From NCBI GenBank assembly GCA_965223545.1, contig OZ245006.1:1280001-1344000 (forward strand): 64,000 nucleotides of DNA, read 5' to 3'. The notes beneath the pieces were generated by a model, which was given only the letters and a program-made list of their open reading frames with translations, was not told the DNA's origin and ran no database searches. The translations under genes and the position numbers were made by a program. This DNA comes from Planctomycetota bacterium. GTDB taxonomy: Bacteria; Planctomycetota; UBA1135; UBA2386. Shown in pieces: positions 26,536 through 36,038 of this stretch (the stretch's first letter is position 1; each line of letters opens with the position of its first letter).

Positions 26536-29500
26536 CGATCCCACCGAGCACCGACCCGGCACGGACCGAAGGCAGCTCGCAGAGCCCGGCCACTGCCGAA
26601 CGGCGCGTGCTGGGCGACTTCGAGATCGTCGACGAGCTGGGTCGCGGCGGCATGGGGGTCGTCTACCGAGCGACCCAGGTGTCGATGCAGCGCCCGGTCG
26701 CCCTCAAGCTGCTGCCGACGTTCGCCGGCCTCGATGCCACCGCGGTAGCGCGCTTTCGCCGCGAAGCCGAGGCCGCGGGACGCTTGACGCACCCCGGCAT
26801 CGTGCCGATCTACGGCGTCGGCGAACAGGACGGCACGCACTACTACGCCATGGAGCTGATCGAGGGACCGAACCTCGATCAGCTGGTGCAAGCCCTCAGC
26901 CGACGCCCGCCGACGCGGCTGCGGTCGCCGCTGCTGGTCGAGGCCGGCTACGCCCACATCGAGCAGGCCCTCGAGTTCGCCGAGGGTGCCGAAGGCGACG
27001 ACTACGTGCGCTCGTGCGCGACCCTCGCCGCCGATATCGCCAGCGCGCTCGCCACCGCACACCGCTCGCGCATCATCCACCGCGACCTCAAGCCGAGCAA
27101 CGTCCTGATCCACCCCACCGGCCGTCCGGTGCTGGTGGACTTCGGGCTGGCGCGGGACGAACTCGCCACCAACCTAACGCGCAGCGGCGACGCCCTCGGG
27201 ACCCCCGCCTACATGGCGCCCGAGCAAGTGCTGGGTCAACCCACCGACGCCCGCGTCGACATCTACGGCCTCGGTGCGCTGCTCTACGAACTCCTCGCCT
27301 TGCGGCCGGTGTTCGACGGCCAAACCCCCGCCGACCTGTTGCGCCGCATCGTGGAAGACGAGGCCACTCCGGTCACCAAGGTCAACCCACGCGTGCCCCG
27401 TGACCTGGCGGTCATCGTGCACACGTGCCTGGCCAAGAGCGCCGACCAGCGCTACCCCGCGGTCGAAGCCCTGGAGATCGACCTGCGCTCGTTCTTGATG
27501 GGCCGGCGCATCCTCGCGCGACCACCCGGGCTGGTCGACCGCATCAAGCGCGTCGCCCGGCGCGTCCGCCACAACGCGGCGATCACCATCGGGGCGCTCG
27601 TGGTGACGGCAGGCATCGGCGGCACGGCGGCGGTGATGCAATCCCAGCGGAGCCACCGCGACGGGATCGCCGCGTTGGCGCAGGCCCGCCAGGCACTGGT
27701 CGAGGCCAAGGACCTGCGGCGCGCGCAGGAGCACTACGGCCGCGCCGAGGCCCTGCTCGGTGCCGGCGGTGCCGACCGTGCCCGGATCGAGCATGCCCGC
27801 GCCGCCTACGGCGAGCACTATCCCACCGAGCTGGCGTTCCTGCAGGCGATGATCGCCTCGCTGTCGGCGGGCGAGAGGGCCGAGCTCGACGACATCGTGC
27901 AGCGCGTCGCCGGCTTCGGCACCATCGTGCGCGCCCCGCGACTCCAGTCCGCCAGCGTGCAGCTCCGCGCCTACGTCGACGGCACTCTGCAAGCCGATTG
28001 GCAACCATTGCCCCAAGGCGGCAACATGCCTGTCGGCGACTACATCGCCGAGCTGCGGCTGGAGAACGCGAAGCGCCAGATCGTCGCACTGCGCGTCGAG
28101 CGCGACCGACAGACCGCCCTCGACGTCACCCCGATCGGCGAGTCCGATCTTCCAGCCGACGCGGTACCGGTCGCCGATCCCGCCACCGGTGCCACGTTCG
28201 CGATCTCCCGGCATGAGCTCAGCAACGCGCAGTATCGCGCGATGCTGACCGGAATCACCGACCCGGAGCTGCGCGCCGAGCTGACGCCGGAGGACTGGCG
28301 CAGCGACGCCGTCGACCAAGCACCGGTCCGCGGGCTGTCCTACTCACAGGCTCGCGCCGCCGCGGCGTTGCTCGGTGGGCACCTGCCCTCGCTGCGCGAG
28401 TACCACCTGGCGGCGACCGCCGGACTGCCTGGCTTGCGCTACCCGTGGGGCCAAGAGTTCTCGACCGACAAGATCGTCGCCAACCCCCAGTACCTATCGG
28501 CGCCGCTCGCGGTGGACCTTCCCGTGGGCGGGGATTCACCGCACGGCGTTCAGCACCTCCTCGGCAACATCGCCGAGCTACTCGCGCCGGCCGACGACAA
28601 CGACGCCGCGATGATCGGTGGCCACTTCCAGTCGATGCAGCCGGAGCAGTTGACCCTCGACCCGATCACGGCCACCTTGGTCGCGCTGCCGACGGTCACC
28701 AGCACCAACCGTTTTGCCGGCATGCGCGTCGCCTACTTCCCGCGGCCGCAGCCGACCCCCGCCCGCCTCGAAGCGGCGGAGGAGGAGTGGCAGCGCGCGC
28801 GCCGCGTGATCGGCAGCATGCAGCACGAGTGGCGCGTCTCGGCGTCCGGTCGGGTGCACTACGCAGTTCGCTGGAGTGCGCACCAGCACGCCGGCGAAGC
28901 CCGACCGCTGCATCTCGTCACCCCTGGCTTCCTGCAGCTTGCGGGAGCCGTGGTGCGGGACGGACACGGCCGCCCGCTGCCCTCCACCCGGGCGGCCGGC
29001 ACCGGCTGGGACACCAGCCAGCTGCACGTGGAGCCCGAGCAGGCGACTCCCGCAGGAGCACTGCTGCACCGTGCCATCGAGTGCGATCTGGTGCCGACCT
29101 CGGGGCTGATGCCGCACGCCGGTGGCTTCCGCATGCGCGTCCCACTCAAGGGCACCGGCGCCCGTCCGGCCAGCTACCGTTTGGCTCTGCCGCCGGGCAG
29201 CCAGGTGATCCGCGTCGAGCCACCGCCGGACCACGCGTTCGTCGACGGGGGCGCCCCGGTGCTGCAGTGGACCCTCGCCGCCGATGGCCAGCGCCGCCTG
29301 ATGCCGGCGCAGATCTACTTCCGCGCCGACGGGTTCCTCGGCGAGCAATGGCCGGCGCGGTCGCGCGCGCGCGCGTTTGCCGAGCGGTTGATCGAGAGCA
29401 TCTACCGCGACGACGAACAGCAAAGCGAGCTGCGCCACCCGGCCTTTCGTGGCCTGGGCCGGGGCGGAGTGACCAACACGCCACCTCCACAGCTCGACCG

Positions 29501-30146
29501 GCCGCGGCTGGTCGACGTGATGGGACTCGGGCCGGTACTGACCATGTCGCTGCGCGCCGACTGGAGCTATTCGGTGTCGGCCGACACGCGGCTCGAGCTC
29601 GACGACTGGCCGCTGACGCTGCAGTGCCTGATCACCGATCAGGGATTGCGCGCGCTGCGGCTCGAGCAGCCGGCGCAGACCGACGGCGGTGAGCTGCGGC
29701 CCGACGGCTCCTATCATCACGCACGCCTGGGCACGACGGTGACCCCGCGGCCCGGCACCGCGCTCAACCCGACGCACGATCAACTGACCGACCTGCAGGT
29801 GATGTACGTCGCCGAGGATCCGTGGGTGCGCTTCCAAGTGCTGGGCCACTTCGCCGCCGACACCGACACCGAAGCGACGATCCACGCGCGGCTGACCAAC
29901 GCCGCGCAAGCTCTGTGGAGCTGCGCACCGCTGACTGCCACCGCGCGGGAAGACGGCGGTCAGCTGTGGATCGTCGAGGCCGATGGCATTTGGAAGTGCG
30001 AGCGGTGGGTGTTCCTGACCCGCGGCCGCCGCCACCTGCTGTTCAAGGCGGTGGCGCACGGCAACACGCGCAGCCACGCGATCGAGAGCTTCCGCCAGCA
30101 CACCACGTGGTTCGAGGACATGGCCCGCACGGTCGTGATCGAGTGA
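26532..30146 (+). CDS. Hanks-type Ser/Thr kinase fused to a TM, an FGE-sulfatase (SUMF1-like) domain and uncharacterised C-terminal domains
   Basis: LGRGGMGVVY, VALK, HRDLKPSN, DFGLAR, GTPAYMAPEQ; FGE-like motifs HLPSLREY, RYPWG, SPHGVQHLLGNIAE, GMRV. Confidence 0.9.
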   Translation: MTIPPSTDPARTEGSSQSPATAERRVLGDFEIVDELGRGGMGVVYRATQVSMQRPVALKLLPTFAGLDATAVARFRREAEAAGRLTHPGIVPIYGVGEQDGTHYYAMELIEGPNLDQLVQALSRRPPTRLRSPLLVEAGYAHIEQALEFAEGAEGDDYVRSCATLAADIASALATAHRSRIIHRDLKPSNVLIHPTGRPVLVDFGLARDELATNLTRSGDALGTPAYMAPEQVLGQPTDARVDIYGLGALLYELLALRPVFDGQTPADLLRRIVEDEATPVTKVNPRVPRDLAVIVHTCLAKSADQRYPAVEALEIDLRSFLMGRRILARPPGLVDRIKRVARRVRHNAAITIGALVVTAGIGGTAAVMQSQRSHRDGIAALAQARQALVEAKDLRRAQEHYGRAEALLGAGGADRARIEHARAAYGEHYPTELAFLQAMIASLSAGERAELDDIVQRVAGFGTIVRAPRLQSASVQLRAYVDGTLQADWQPLPQGGNMPVGDYIAELRLENAKRQIVALRVERDRQTALDVTPIGESDLPADAVPVADPATGATFAISRHELSNAQYRAMLTGITDPELRAELTPEDWRSDAVDQAPVRGLSYSQARAAAALLGGHLPSLREYHLAATAGLPGLRYPWGQEFSTDKIVANPQYLSAPLAVDLPVGGDSPHGVQHLLGNIAELLAPADDNDAAMIGGHFQSMQPEQLTLDPITATLVALPTVTSTNRFAGMRVAYFPRPQPTPARLEAAEEEWQRARRVIGSMQHEWRVSASGRVHYAVRWSAHQHAGEARPLHLVTPGFLQLAGAVVRDGHGRPLPSTRAAGTGWDTSQLHVEPEQATPAGALLHRAIECDLVPTSGLMPHAGGFRMRVPLKGTGARPASYRLALPPGSQVIRVEPPPDHAFVDGGAPVLQWTLAADGQRRLMPAQIYFRADGFLGEQWPARSRARAFAERLIESIYRDDEQQSELRHPAFRGLGRGGVTNTPPPQLDRPRLVDVMGLGPVLTMSLRADWSYSVSADTRLELDDWPLTLQCLITDQGLRALRLEQPAQTDGGELRPDGSYHHARLGTTVTPRPGTALNPTHDQLTDLQVMYVAEDPWVRFQVLGHFAADTDTEATIHARLTNAAQALWSCAPLTATAREDGGQLWIVEADGIWKCERWVFLTRGRRHLLFKAVAHGNTRSHAIESFRQHTTWFEDMARTVVIE

Positions 30147-30355
30147 TGCAACCCCGCCGCTACCAACCGGCGCGCACCACCGCGCTCTACGTCGCCGCCC
30201 TGTGTCTGCTCATCGCGAGCTGCAGCGGCGAGGAGAACCCGGGCCCGCTGCGCGGGCCGTTGGCGGGGCGCGAAGCGCTGCTCCACGAGCTGGACGAGCA
30301 AAAGGCACGGCAACGCGAGCGCGATGAGGCGCTGCTCGACGCGATCGGGCGGTGA
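30146..30355 (+). CDS. Small lipoprotein, 69 aa
   Basis: ATG overlaps the kinase stop (TGATG); lipobox LIASC; helical tail. Confidence 0.6.
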   Translation: MQPRRYQPARTTALYVAALCLLIASCSGEENPGPLRGPLAGREALLHELDEQKARQRERDEALLDAIGR

Positions 30356-30395
30356 GCCCCGCCAATTTCCTCGGGGTCGAGCCCCTGCAGTCCCC

Positions 30396-31745
30396 TCAGA
30401 AGACGTAGAACTCGGCCGCGCGCGTGAACTCTCCGCTGCTCGCGTTGAGCGCTCGGAATCCCTGAAACGCTGCGGCTTGTCCAATCAGACTCGGTCGGTT
30501 GGGGACCGGAATCTGCACCGACAACGCTCCTGTCGACGAGGCGCCGGCGACGACCTGGATCAACACGAGTGGGTCGATCACGAGACCGTACTGGAACGGC
30601 GGCACCGCGAAGAAGTTTCGATACAACCCACCACCCAAGAACACGACTCCGACCTCTGAGGCGGAGATCGGCATGTCCACGGAGAACGTCTTGCCGACCT
30701 CGACGCGGGGGCGAACGCGCAGTTCGCCGTCAAGCACGACCGTGTAGATTTGTGGAGTGCCGCCGTTGGCCGAGGCGGCAAACGCAACTCGGCTGCCGCT
30801 GTCGTCCATGCTCGGGAGCCCCTGCAGGATGTAGGCGACACTATCCTCCGCGCTCAACATGACTTGCGCACCGCCGTCTCCGGGAATGATCGCCAGCCCA
30901 ACTAGGGTCCCCACAACTCCCCAGCGAGCTGCATGCACCAGCCACCGGCCATCGCGCGACGAGTGCATTGATCGCCGGAAGTAGGGACCATCGGTGATCG
31001 CCTGCTCGCTCTGACCAAGGATCAAGCGATAGAGGTGCGTCTGCAGCGCGGTCGGCGACACCATCTCGAACGCGATCGTGTTGCCGTTGTCGACCCAGCG
31101 CGCCCCCGACGGACCCGCGCCGTTGGCGCCCGAAATCGGTGATCCGGTGAACGAGGTGCGCCCGGTCTTCGTGAACGCGCTGTTGCGGAAGTACTCCTTC
31201 GGCTGGAACGGCTGCGGCAGCGAAGCCCCGAACACGACGAACTGCTCGCTCGGATCCAACGCCACGTCGTCCAGCAGAAGCGTGTCGGTGGCGATGTCGG
31301 TCATCGCACCACCGTTGGTCGGGATGATGAAGACGCGATAGATCCCGGCCTCGAGCCGGGTCCCCCACAGCACCTGATCGGTCGAGTTCACCGCCCAAAG
31401 CCGGTGGTTGGTGCCGGTCATCGTGGCCAGCGTCAGGGGCGAACCACCTGCCGCCGCGGCGAACCGCAGGTTGTTGCCATCGAGGAAGTACACCCCGCTG
31501 CTGTTCGGACTCCACAAGAACGACCCGATCGAGGCACCGGTCGCGATGGTCGACTCCGGCCCACCGGAGAAGCCCACGACGCCGATCAATCCGGCCCCGC
31601 GAAACGCGATCACGCGGCCGTCGGGGCTGATGGTGGCGTCTTGGTGCACGCCGAGCGACGTCGTCACTTGGACGACCCGGCGCTGCGATGGGAGGGCCGA
31701 CGCCGCAGCGGCGCACAGCACCGCGATCATGACAGGACTCTTCAT
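30396..31745 (-). CDS. Secreted TolB/PD40-like beta-propeller protein
   Basis: Signal peptide; repeats ISPDGRVIAF, WSPNSSGVYF, SRDGRWLV, DDSGSRVAF; C-terminal IPVPNRPSLIG...FQG segment. Confidence 0.8.
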   Translation of the reverse strand: MKSPVMIAVLCAAAASALPSQRRVVQVTTSLGVHQDATISPDGRVIAFRGAGLIGVVGFSGGPESTIATGASIGSFLWSPNSSGVYFLDGNNLRFAAAAGGSPLTLATMTGTNHRLWAVNSTDQVLWGTRLEAGIYRVFIIPTNGGAMTDIATDTLLLDDVALDPSEQFVVFGASLPQPFQPKEYFRNSAFTKTGRTSFTGSPISGANGAGPSGARWVDNGNTIAFEMVSPTALQTHLYRLILGQSEQAITDGPYFRRSMHSSRDGRWLVHAARWGVVGTLVGLAIIPGDGGAQVMLSAEDSVAYILQGLPSMDDSGSRVAFAASANGGTPQIYTVVLDGELRVRPRVEVGKTFSVDMPISASEVGVVFLGGGLYRNFFAVPPFQYGLVIDPLVLIQVVAGASSTGALSVQIPVPNRPSLIGQAAAFQGFRALNASSGEFTRAAEFYVF

Positions 31746-31990
31746 GCGGGGACTCCGTGGGGTACCGATCAAGCATAGCCCACGCCATCGCGGGTGTAAC
31801 AGCGCTGCACCCTCCGCGGGATCGCGGCGGCGGGGCGCCACGAGCCGGAAAAACCTCTACCCGCCAGCGCGCTCCGGCCCGTATGACGGACGGTGCGACC
31901 GGGCCTTCGGCAACGCTGTGCCCGCCGTCGCGGTCCAACCCTCTCCGACGCTCCCGGCCGCGCGCTCGCCGCGCGGCTTGGCCGATCCAA

Positions 31991-33553
31991 ATGCACCGAC
32001 TGCGCCGCCTCCCGGGGTCTTCACCGACCGTCACGACGAGCTTGTGCATCGCGCTGGCCGCGGCCGCGGCCAGCGCCCCACCGGCACAGAACACGCCGCA
32101 GGCACTGGTCGTCGGCCACGTGCATCCGGTGTCCGGTCCGCCGATCGAGAACGGCGTGATCTTGATCGAGGACGGTGAGATCCGCGCGGTCGGCCCGGCC
32201 GGCGAAGTGTCGATTCCCGACGGCGCGCAGGTCCATCGCTTTCCCGAGGGACACGCGTATCCGGGCCTCGTCGACGCCGTGGCGCCGGCCTACGGCGACG
32301 CCGCCGTGGTCGACGCCACCGACACCGACGCCGGCACGCCGGTGTTCGGCGGACTCGACGCCACCGAGCACGCCGGCCGCGCGCTGGTCGGCTTCGGCGT
32401 GACGTCGATCGGAGTCAGCAACCGAGGAGACGGCAGCTGGCGCGGACTCGGCGCCCTCGTGCACCCGACGCGCGACGGCTACCAGCCGGTGGACGCCGCG
32501 CACGCCGAAGCCGCCGCGGTCTACCTGCGCGCGGTGGGTCGACCGAACGCGCACCCCCTCGATCAAGTCAAGGCGCTGCGCGCACTCGGCGCGCCGTTCG
32601 CCAGCTTGCGCGACTACCGCGAGAAGCTCGACAAGCACGAAGACGCGCTCACCGAGTATCGCGAGCAGTTCGAGAAGTACCTGGAGTATCACCGCGCCAA
32701 GAAGGGCGAGGGCACGGACGACGAGGCCGGCGGCGAGGAGAAGGCGGAAGCGGCCGAGCAAAGCGGCGCGCCGCGCGGCCGCCGGGGCGGTGGCCGCCGC
32801 GCAGGGCGGCCCCGCGGCGAGCGGCCGACGCCACCGGCAGACAGCGAAGAGAAGCCGACCTCGACCGAGAGCAAGCCCGCGGACCCAGCGCCCGCCGACG
32901 GCGAGGGCGAGGCGACCGAAAAACCGGCGACCGAGGGCAAAGGCGACAAGGACGGGGCCGAGGAGGCGCCCAAGCGACCGGACTACCCCAAGCCACCGGC
33001 TCCGGACCCCGCCAAGGACGCGCTGCTGCAAGTCGCTGACGGCGAGCTGGCGCTGCACGTGGAGGCGCACACCCGCGTGGAGATCGAGACCGCGATCTGG
33101 TTGAAGCGCGCGCACTCGCTGCCGCGCATGGTGCTCGAGGGCGGCCGCGAAGCTGCCGCGCACGCGGCGGAGCTCGCCACGGCCGGCGTGCCCGTGATCG
33201 CCACCTGCCTGCTGCAGGCACCCGCCGAACCCGGCGCACCGGACCCACGCGCCGTCCCCGCCGCGCTGGCCGAGGCCGGCGTCGAGGTCGCCATCGCCTC
33301 CGGCTCGGCCCGCACCGCACGCCACCTGACGATGCTGGCGGCGATCGCGGCAGGGCACGGACTGGATCCCGACGCGGCGGTGCGCGCGATCACGCTCACC
33401 CCGGCCGAGATCCTCGGCATCGGCCAGCGCGTCGGCTCGCTCGAAGTCGGCAAGCGGGCCGACGTCCTGGTCACCAGCGCGCCGCTGCTGCACAGCGATG
33501 CCCGCGTTTTGGCAGTGCTCGCCGCCGGTGCGATGCAGGAGACGAACGGATGA
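31991..33553 (+). CDS. Secreted amidohydrolase-family paralog 1 (metal ligands degenerate; start uncertain)
   Basis: YPGLVDAVAP (no HxH); ITLTPAEILG...GSLEVGKRAD. Confidence 0.85.
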   Translation: MHRLRRLPGSSPTVTTSLCIALAAAAASAPPAQNTPQALVVGHVHPVSGPPIENGVILIEDGEIRAVGPAGEVSIPDGAQVHRFPEGHAYPGLVDAVAPAYGDAAVVDATDTDAGTPVFGGLDATEHAGRALVGFGVTSIGVSNRGDGSWRGLGALVHPTRDGYQPVDAAHAEAAAVYLRAVGRPNAHPLDQVKALRALGAPFASLRDYREKLDKHEDALTEYREQFEKYLEYHRAKKGEGTDDEAGGEEKAEAAEQSGAPRGRRGGGRRAGRPRGERPTPPADSEEKPTSTESKPADPAPADGEGEATEKPATEGKGDKDGAEEAPKRPDYPKPPAPDPAKDALLQVADGELALHVEAHTRVEIETAIWLKRAHSLPRMVLEGGREAAAHAAELATAGVPVIATCLLQAPAEPGAPDPRAVPAALAEAGVEVAIASGSARTARHLTMLAAIAAGHGLDPDAAVRAITLTPAEILGIGQRVGSLEVGKRADVLVTSAPLLHSDARVLAVLAAGAMQETNG

Positions 33554-34821
33554 AGACATCGCCTCGCATGACGCTGTGGACGGCCGCCGCCTGCGTCGGC
33601 GCGCCGCTCTGCGGCGGGTATCTCGCCGCCCAGGACCGGCCGCTGTTGGTGGAGGCGGCCCGGCTGGTGGTCGCCCCGGACACCGTGCTCGAGAACGGCG
33701 CGATGCTGGTGCGCGAGGGGGTCGTCGCCTACCTCGGCGACGAGATCCCGGCCGAGGCCACGCGTGGTGCGCGCCGGCTGCGGATCGACGGCTGGGTCGT
33801 GCCCGGCTTCGTCGACGCCCACAGCTATCTCGGCCAAGCCGACGATCTCGCCGAGAGCATCACCGCATTCACTCCCGATCTCGACGCCGCCGACGCCTTC
33901 GATCCGTTCCAACCACTGCTCGAGCACTGGGCGCGGCTGGGGGTCACGACGGTCGGTCTGGCACCGTCGTCGCGCAACGCGCTCAGCGGCCACGCGGCGG
34001 TGGTCAAGACCGGCGCGGTCGGCGCGCTGGTCCGCCGCGGCGCCTATCTCAAGCTCGCCCTGGTTGCGGAGTCGCTCGACCAGAATCGCTTCCCCACCTC
34101 GCGGATGGGAGCGGTGGACCTGATCCGGTCCGGCTTTGCCGAGGCCGCCGGCGACGCCGCGGCGGACGATCCCGCCCTCGCCGCGCTCGGCCGCGCCTTG
34201 AACGGCGGCACCCCGCTCGTGTTCCACGCCCGCAGCCACGCCGCCATCACCCAAGCGCTCGACTTGGCACAAGAGCTCGGGCGCGCGCCGGTCCTGCTCG
34301 GAGCGGATGAAGTGCGGCACAGCATCGCGCGGCTCGCCGCGCTGCGGGGCAGCGCGGTCTTGGGGCCGCTGGGACCCGACGCGCCGCTCCATCGGTTGCA
34401 GCTGCCGGCGCAGCTCGAGCAGGCCGGCGTGCCGGTCGTCTTCATGGCGGAACCGACCCCACCGCGGCCTGGTAGGGGCAACGCCGCCCCGCCGCGTGGG
34501 CTGCCCCCCGGCATCGTGATCCAAGGCCCGCCGACCCCGCGCCAGCCCACGGCCACGAGCGCCGATCCGGCGACGGCACGGCTGTCGGCCGCGCTGGCGG
34601 TGCGCCACGGCATGTCGCGCCGGGCGGCGCTCGCGGGCCTGACTCGCTTGCCCGCCGTGCTCTGCGGCGTCGCCGATCGGTGCGGCACTCTGCGCAGCGG
34701 CCACGACGCCGACTTCGTCGCCTGGGATGGCGATCCGCTCGACCTGTCCTCGCAACGCCTCGCCGTCTACCTGCGCGGGGAGCCACTGTTCGATTCGACT
34801 CAGGAGACCTCCTCGCAATGA
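33550..34821 (+). CDS. Secreted amidohydrolase-family paralog 2 (partial metal site)
   Basis: PGFVDAHSY, FPTSRMG, GTLRSGHDAD; ATGA overlap. Confidence 0.88.
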   Translation: MKTSPRMTLWTAAACVGAPLCGGYLAAQDRPLLVEAARLVVAPDTVLENGAMLVREGVVAYLGDEIPAEATRGARRLRIDGWVVPGFVDAHSYLGQADDLAESITAFTPDLDAADAFDPFQPLLEHWARLGVTTVGLAPSSRNALSGHAAVVKTGAVGALVRRGAYLKLALVAESLDQNRFPTSRMGAVDLIRSGFAEAAGDAAADDPALAALGRALNGGTPLVFHARSHAAITQALDLAQELGRAPVLLGADEVRHSIARLAALRGSAVLGPLGPDAPLHRLQLPAQLEQAGVPVVFMAEPTPPRPGRGNAAPPRGLPPGIVIQGPPTPRQPTATSADPATARLSAALAVRHGMSRRAALAGLTRLPAVLCGVADRCGTLRSGHDADFVAWDGDPLDLSSQRLAVYLRGEPLFDSTQETSSQ

Positions 34822-36038
34822 GACCGCTCCCCCTTGCGGCGATCTCCGCCCTGCTGTTGAGCACGGCGGCCGCCACCGCGCAAGACACTCCAGTGGTGCT
34901 CACCGGCGGCCGCGTGCTGCCCGTCGACCGCCCGCCGATCGACCCCGGCGTCGTCATAATGCACCGCGGCACGATCACCGCCGTTGGCGAAGCCAACATG
35001 CCGGTCCCGCCCGACTCGGAGAGCATCGATTGCACCGGCAAGGTGATCACTCCGGGCCTGGTCGACGCCGCGACCAGCCTCGGCTTGTCCAGCGAAGACG
35101 CCAACGAGCAAGGCGACGAAGTCACCCCCCACGTCCGCGTGCTCGATGCCATCGACCCCGCCGATCCGCGTTTCGCCCGCGCGCGGCGCGCCGGCGTCAC
35201 CACCGCGCAGGTCAGCCCCGGCAACCGCAACGTGGTCGGCGGCCTCGGCTGCGTGATCAAGACCGCCGGGGACCACGTCGCCGGCATGCTCGTGCGCGAC
35301 GCCTCGTGCTTGCGCGTCGCGATGGGCGGCGAGCCCTCTGCCGGCAACCGCGCGATCCGCTTCGGCACTCCCAACTCGATCTACTACCGCCGGCCGACGA
35401 CGCGCATGGGCGTGGTGTGGGCCGTCCGTAAGGCGTTCTACGACGCGCAGTCCTACCGCGAGCAACAGACCAACAACGTCGTCGACGGCCCCTCGATGGT
35501 CGATCCGGCGATGGACGTGCTGGTCGAGGTCCTCGACCGCAAGATGCACGTGCGCACCACGGCGCGCGCCGAGCAGGACATTCGCACCGCTCTGCGCCTG
35601 GCCGCCGAGTTCGGCTACGAGACCGTGATCGAGGAAGCCACCGAGGCCTACCTCGTCACCGACGAGCTGGCCGCCGCCGGGGTGACGCTCGTGCTCGCCG
35701 GCCTGGGGTTGGAGAGCGGCCGCGACGGCGCCGAGCCGCGCTATCACACCGCCGCTCAGCTGGCGGCTGCGGGCGTGCCGTTCGCCATCGCCACCGGCTC
35801 GTCGCTCGGCGACGCGGCGTTGGTGCAGGAGGCGATGTTCGCGATGCGCAACGGCCTGTCGGCCGACCAGGCGCTGGCCGCGACCACCGCGGTGCCCGCG
35901 GCCGTGCTCGGCGTCGCCGACCAGCTCGGCACGCTGACGGTGGGCAAGGCCGCCGACGTCGTGGTCTGGAACGGCTCTCCGTTCGCGCCGACCACCACCG
36001 CCACCCGAGTATTCATCGACGGAAAGGAAGTCCAGTGA
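34818..36038 (+). CDS. Secreted amidohydrolase-family paralog 3 (metal ligands degenerate)
   Basis: PGLVDAATS, RPTTRMG, GTLTVGKAAD; ATGA overlap. Confidence 0.88.
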   Translation: MRPLPLAAISALLLSTAAATAQDTPVVLTGGRVLPVDRPPIDPGVVIMHRGTITAVGEANMPVPPDSESIDCTGKVITPGLVDAATSLGLSSEDANEQGDEVTPHVRVLDAIDPADPRFARARRAGVTTAQVSPGNRNVVGGLGCVIKTAGDHVAGMLVRDASCLRVAMGGEPSAGNRAIRFGTPNSIYYRRPTTRMGVVWAVRKAFYDAQSYREQQTNNVVDGPSMVDPAMDVLVEVLDRKMHVRTTARAEQDIRTALRLAAEFGYETVIEEATEAYLVTDELAAAGVTLVLAGLGLESGRDGAEPRYHTAAQLAAAGVPFAIATGSSLGDAALVQEAMFAMRNGLSADQALAATTAVPAAVLGVADQLGTLTVGKAADVVVWNGSPFAPTTTATRVFIDGKEVQ

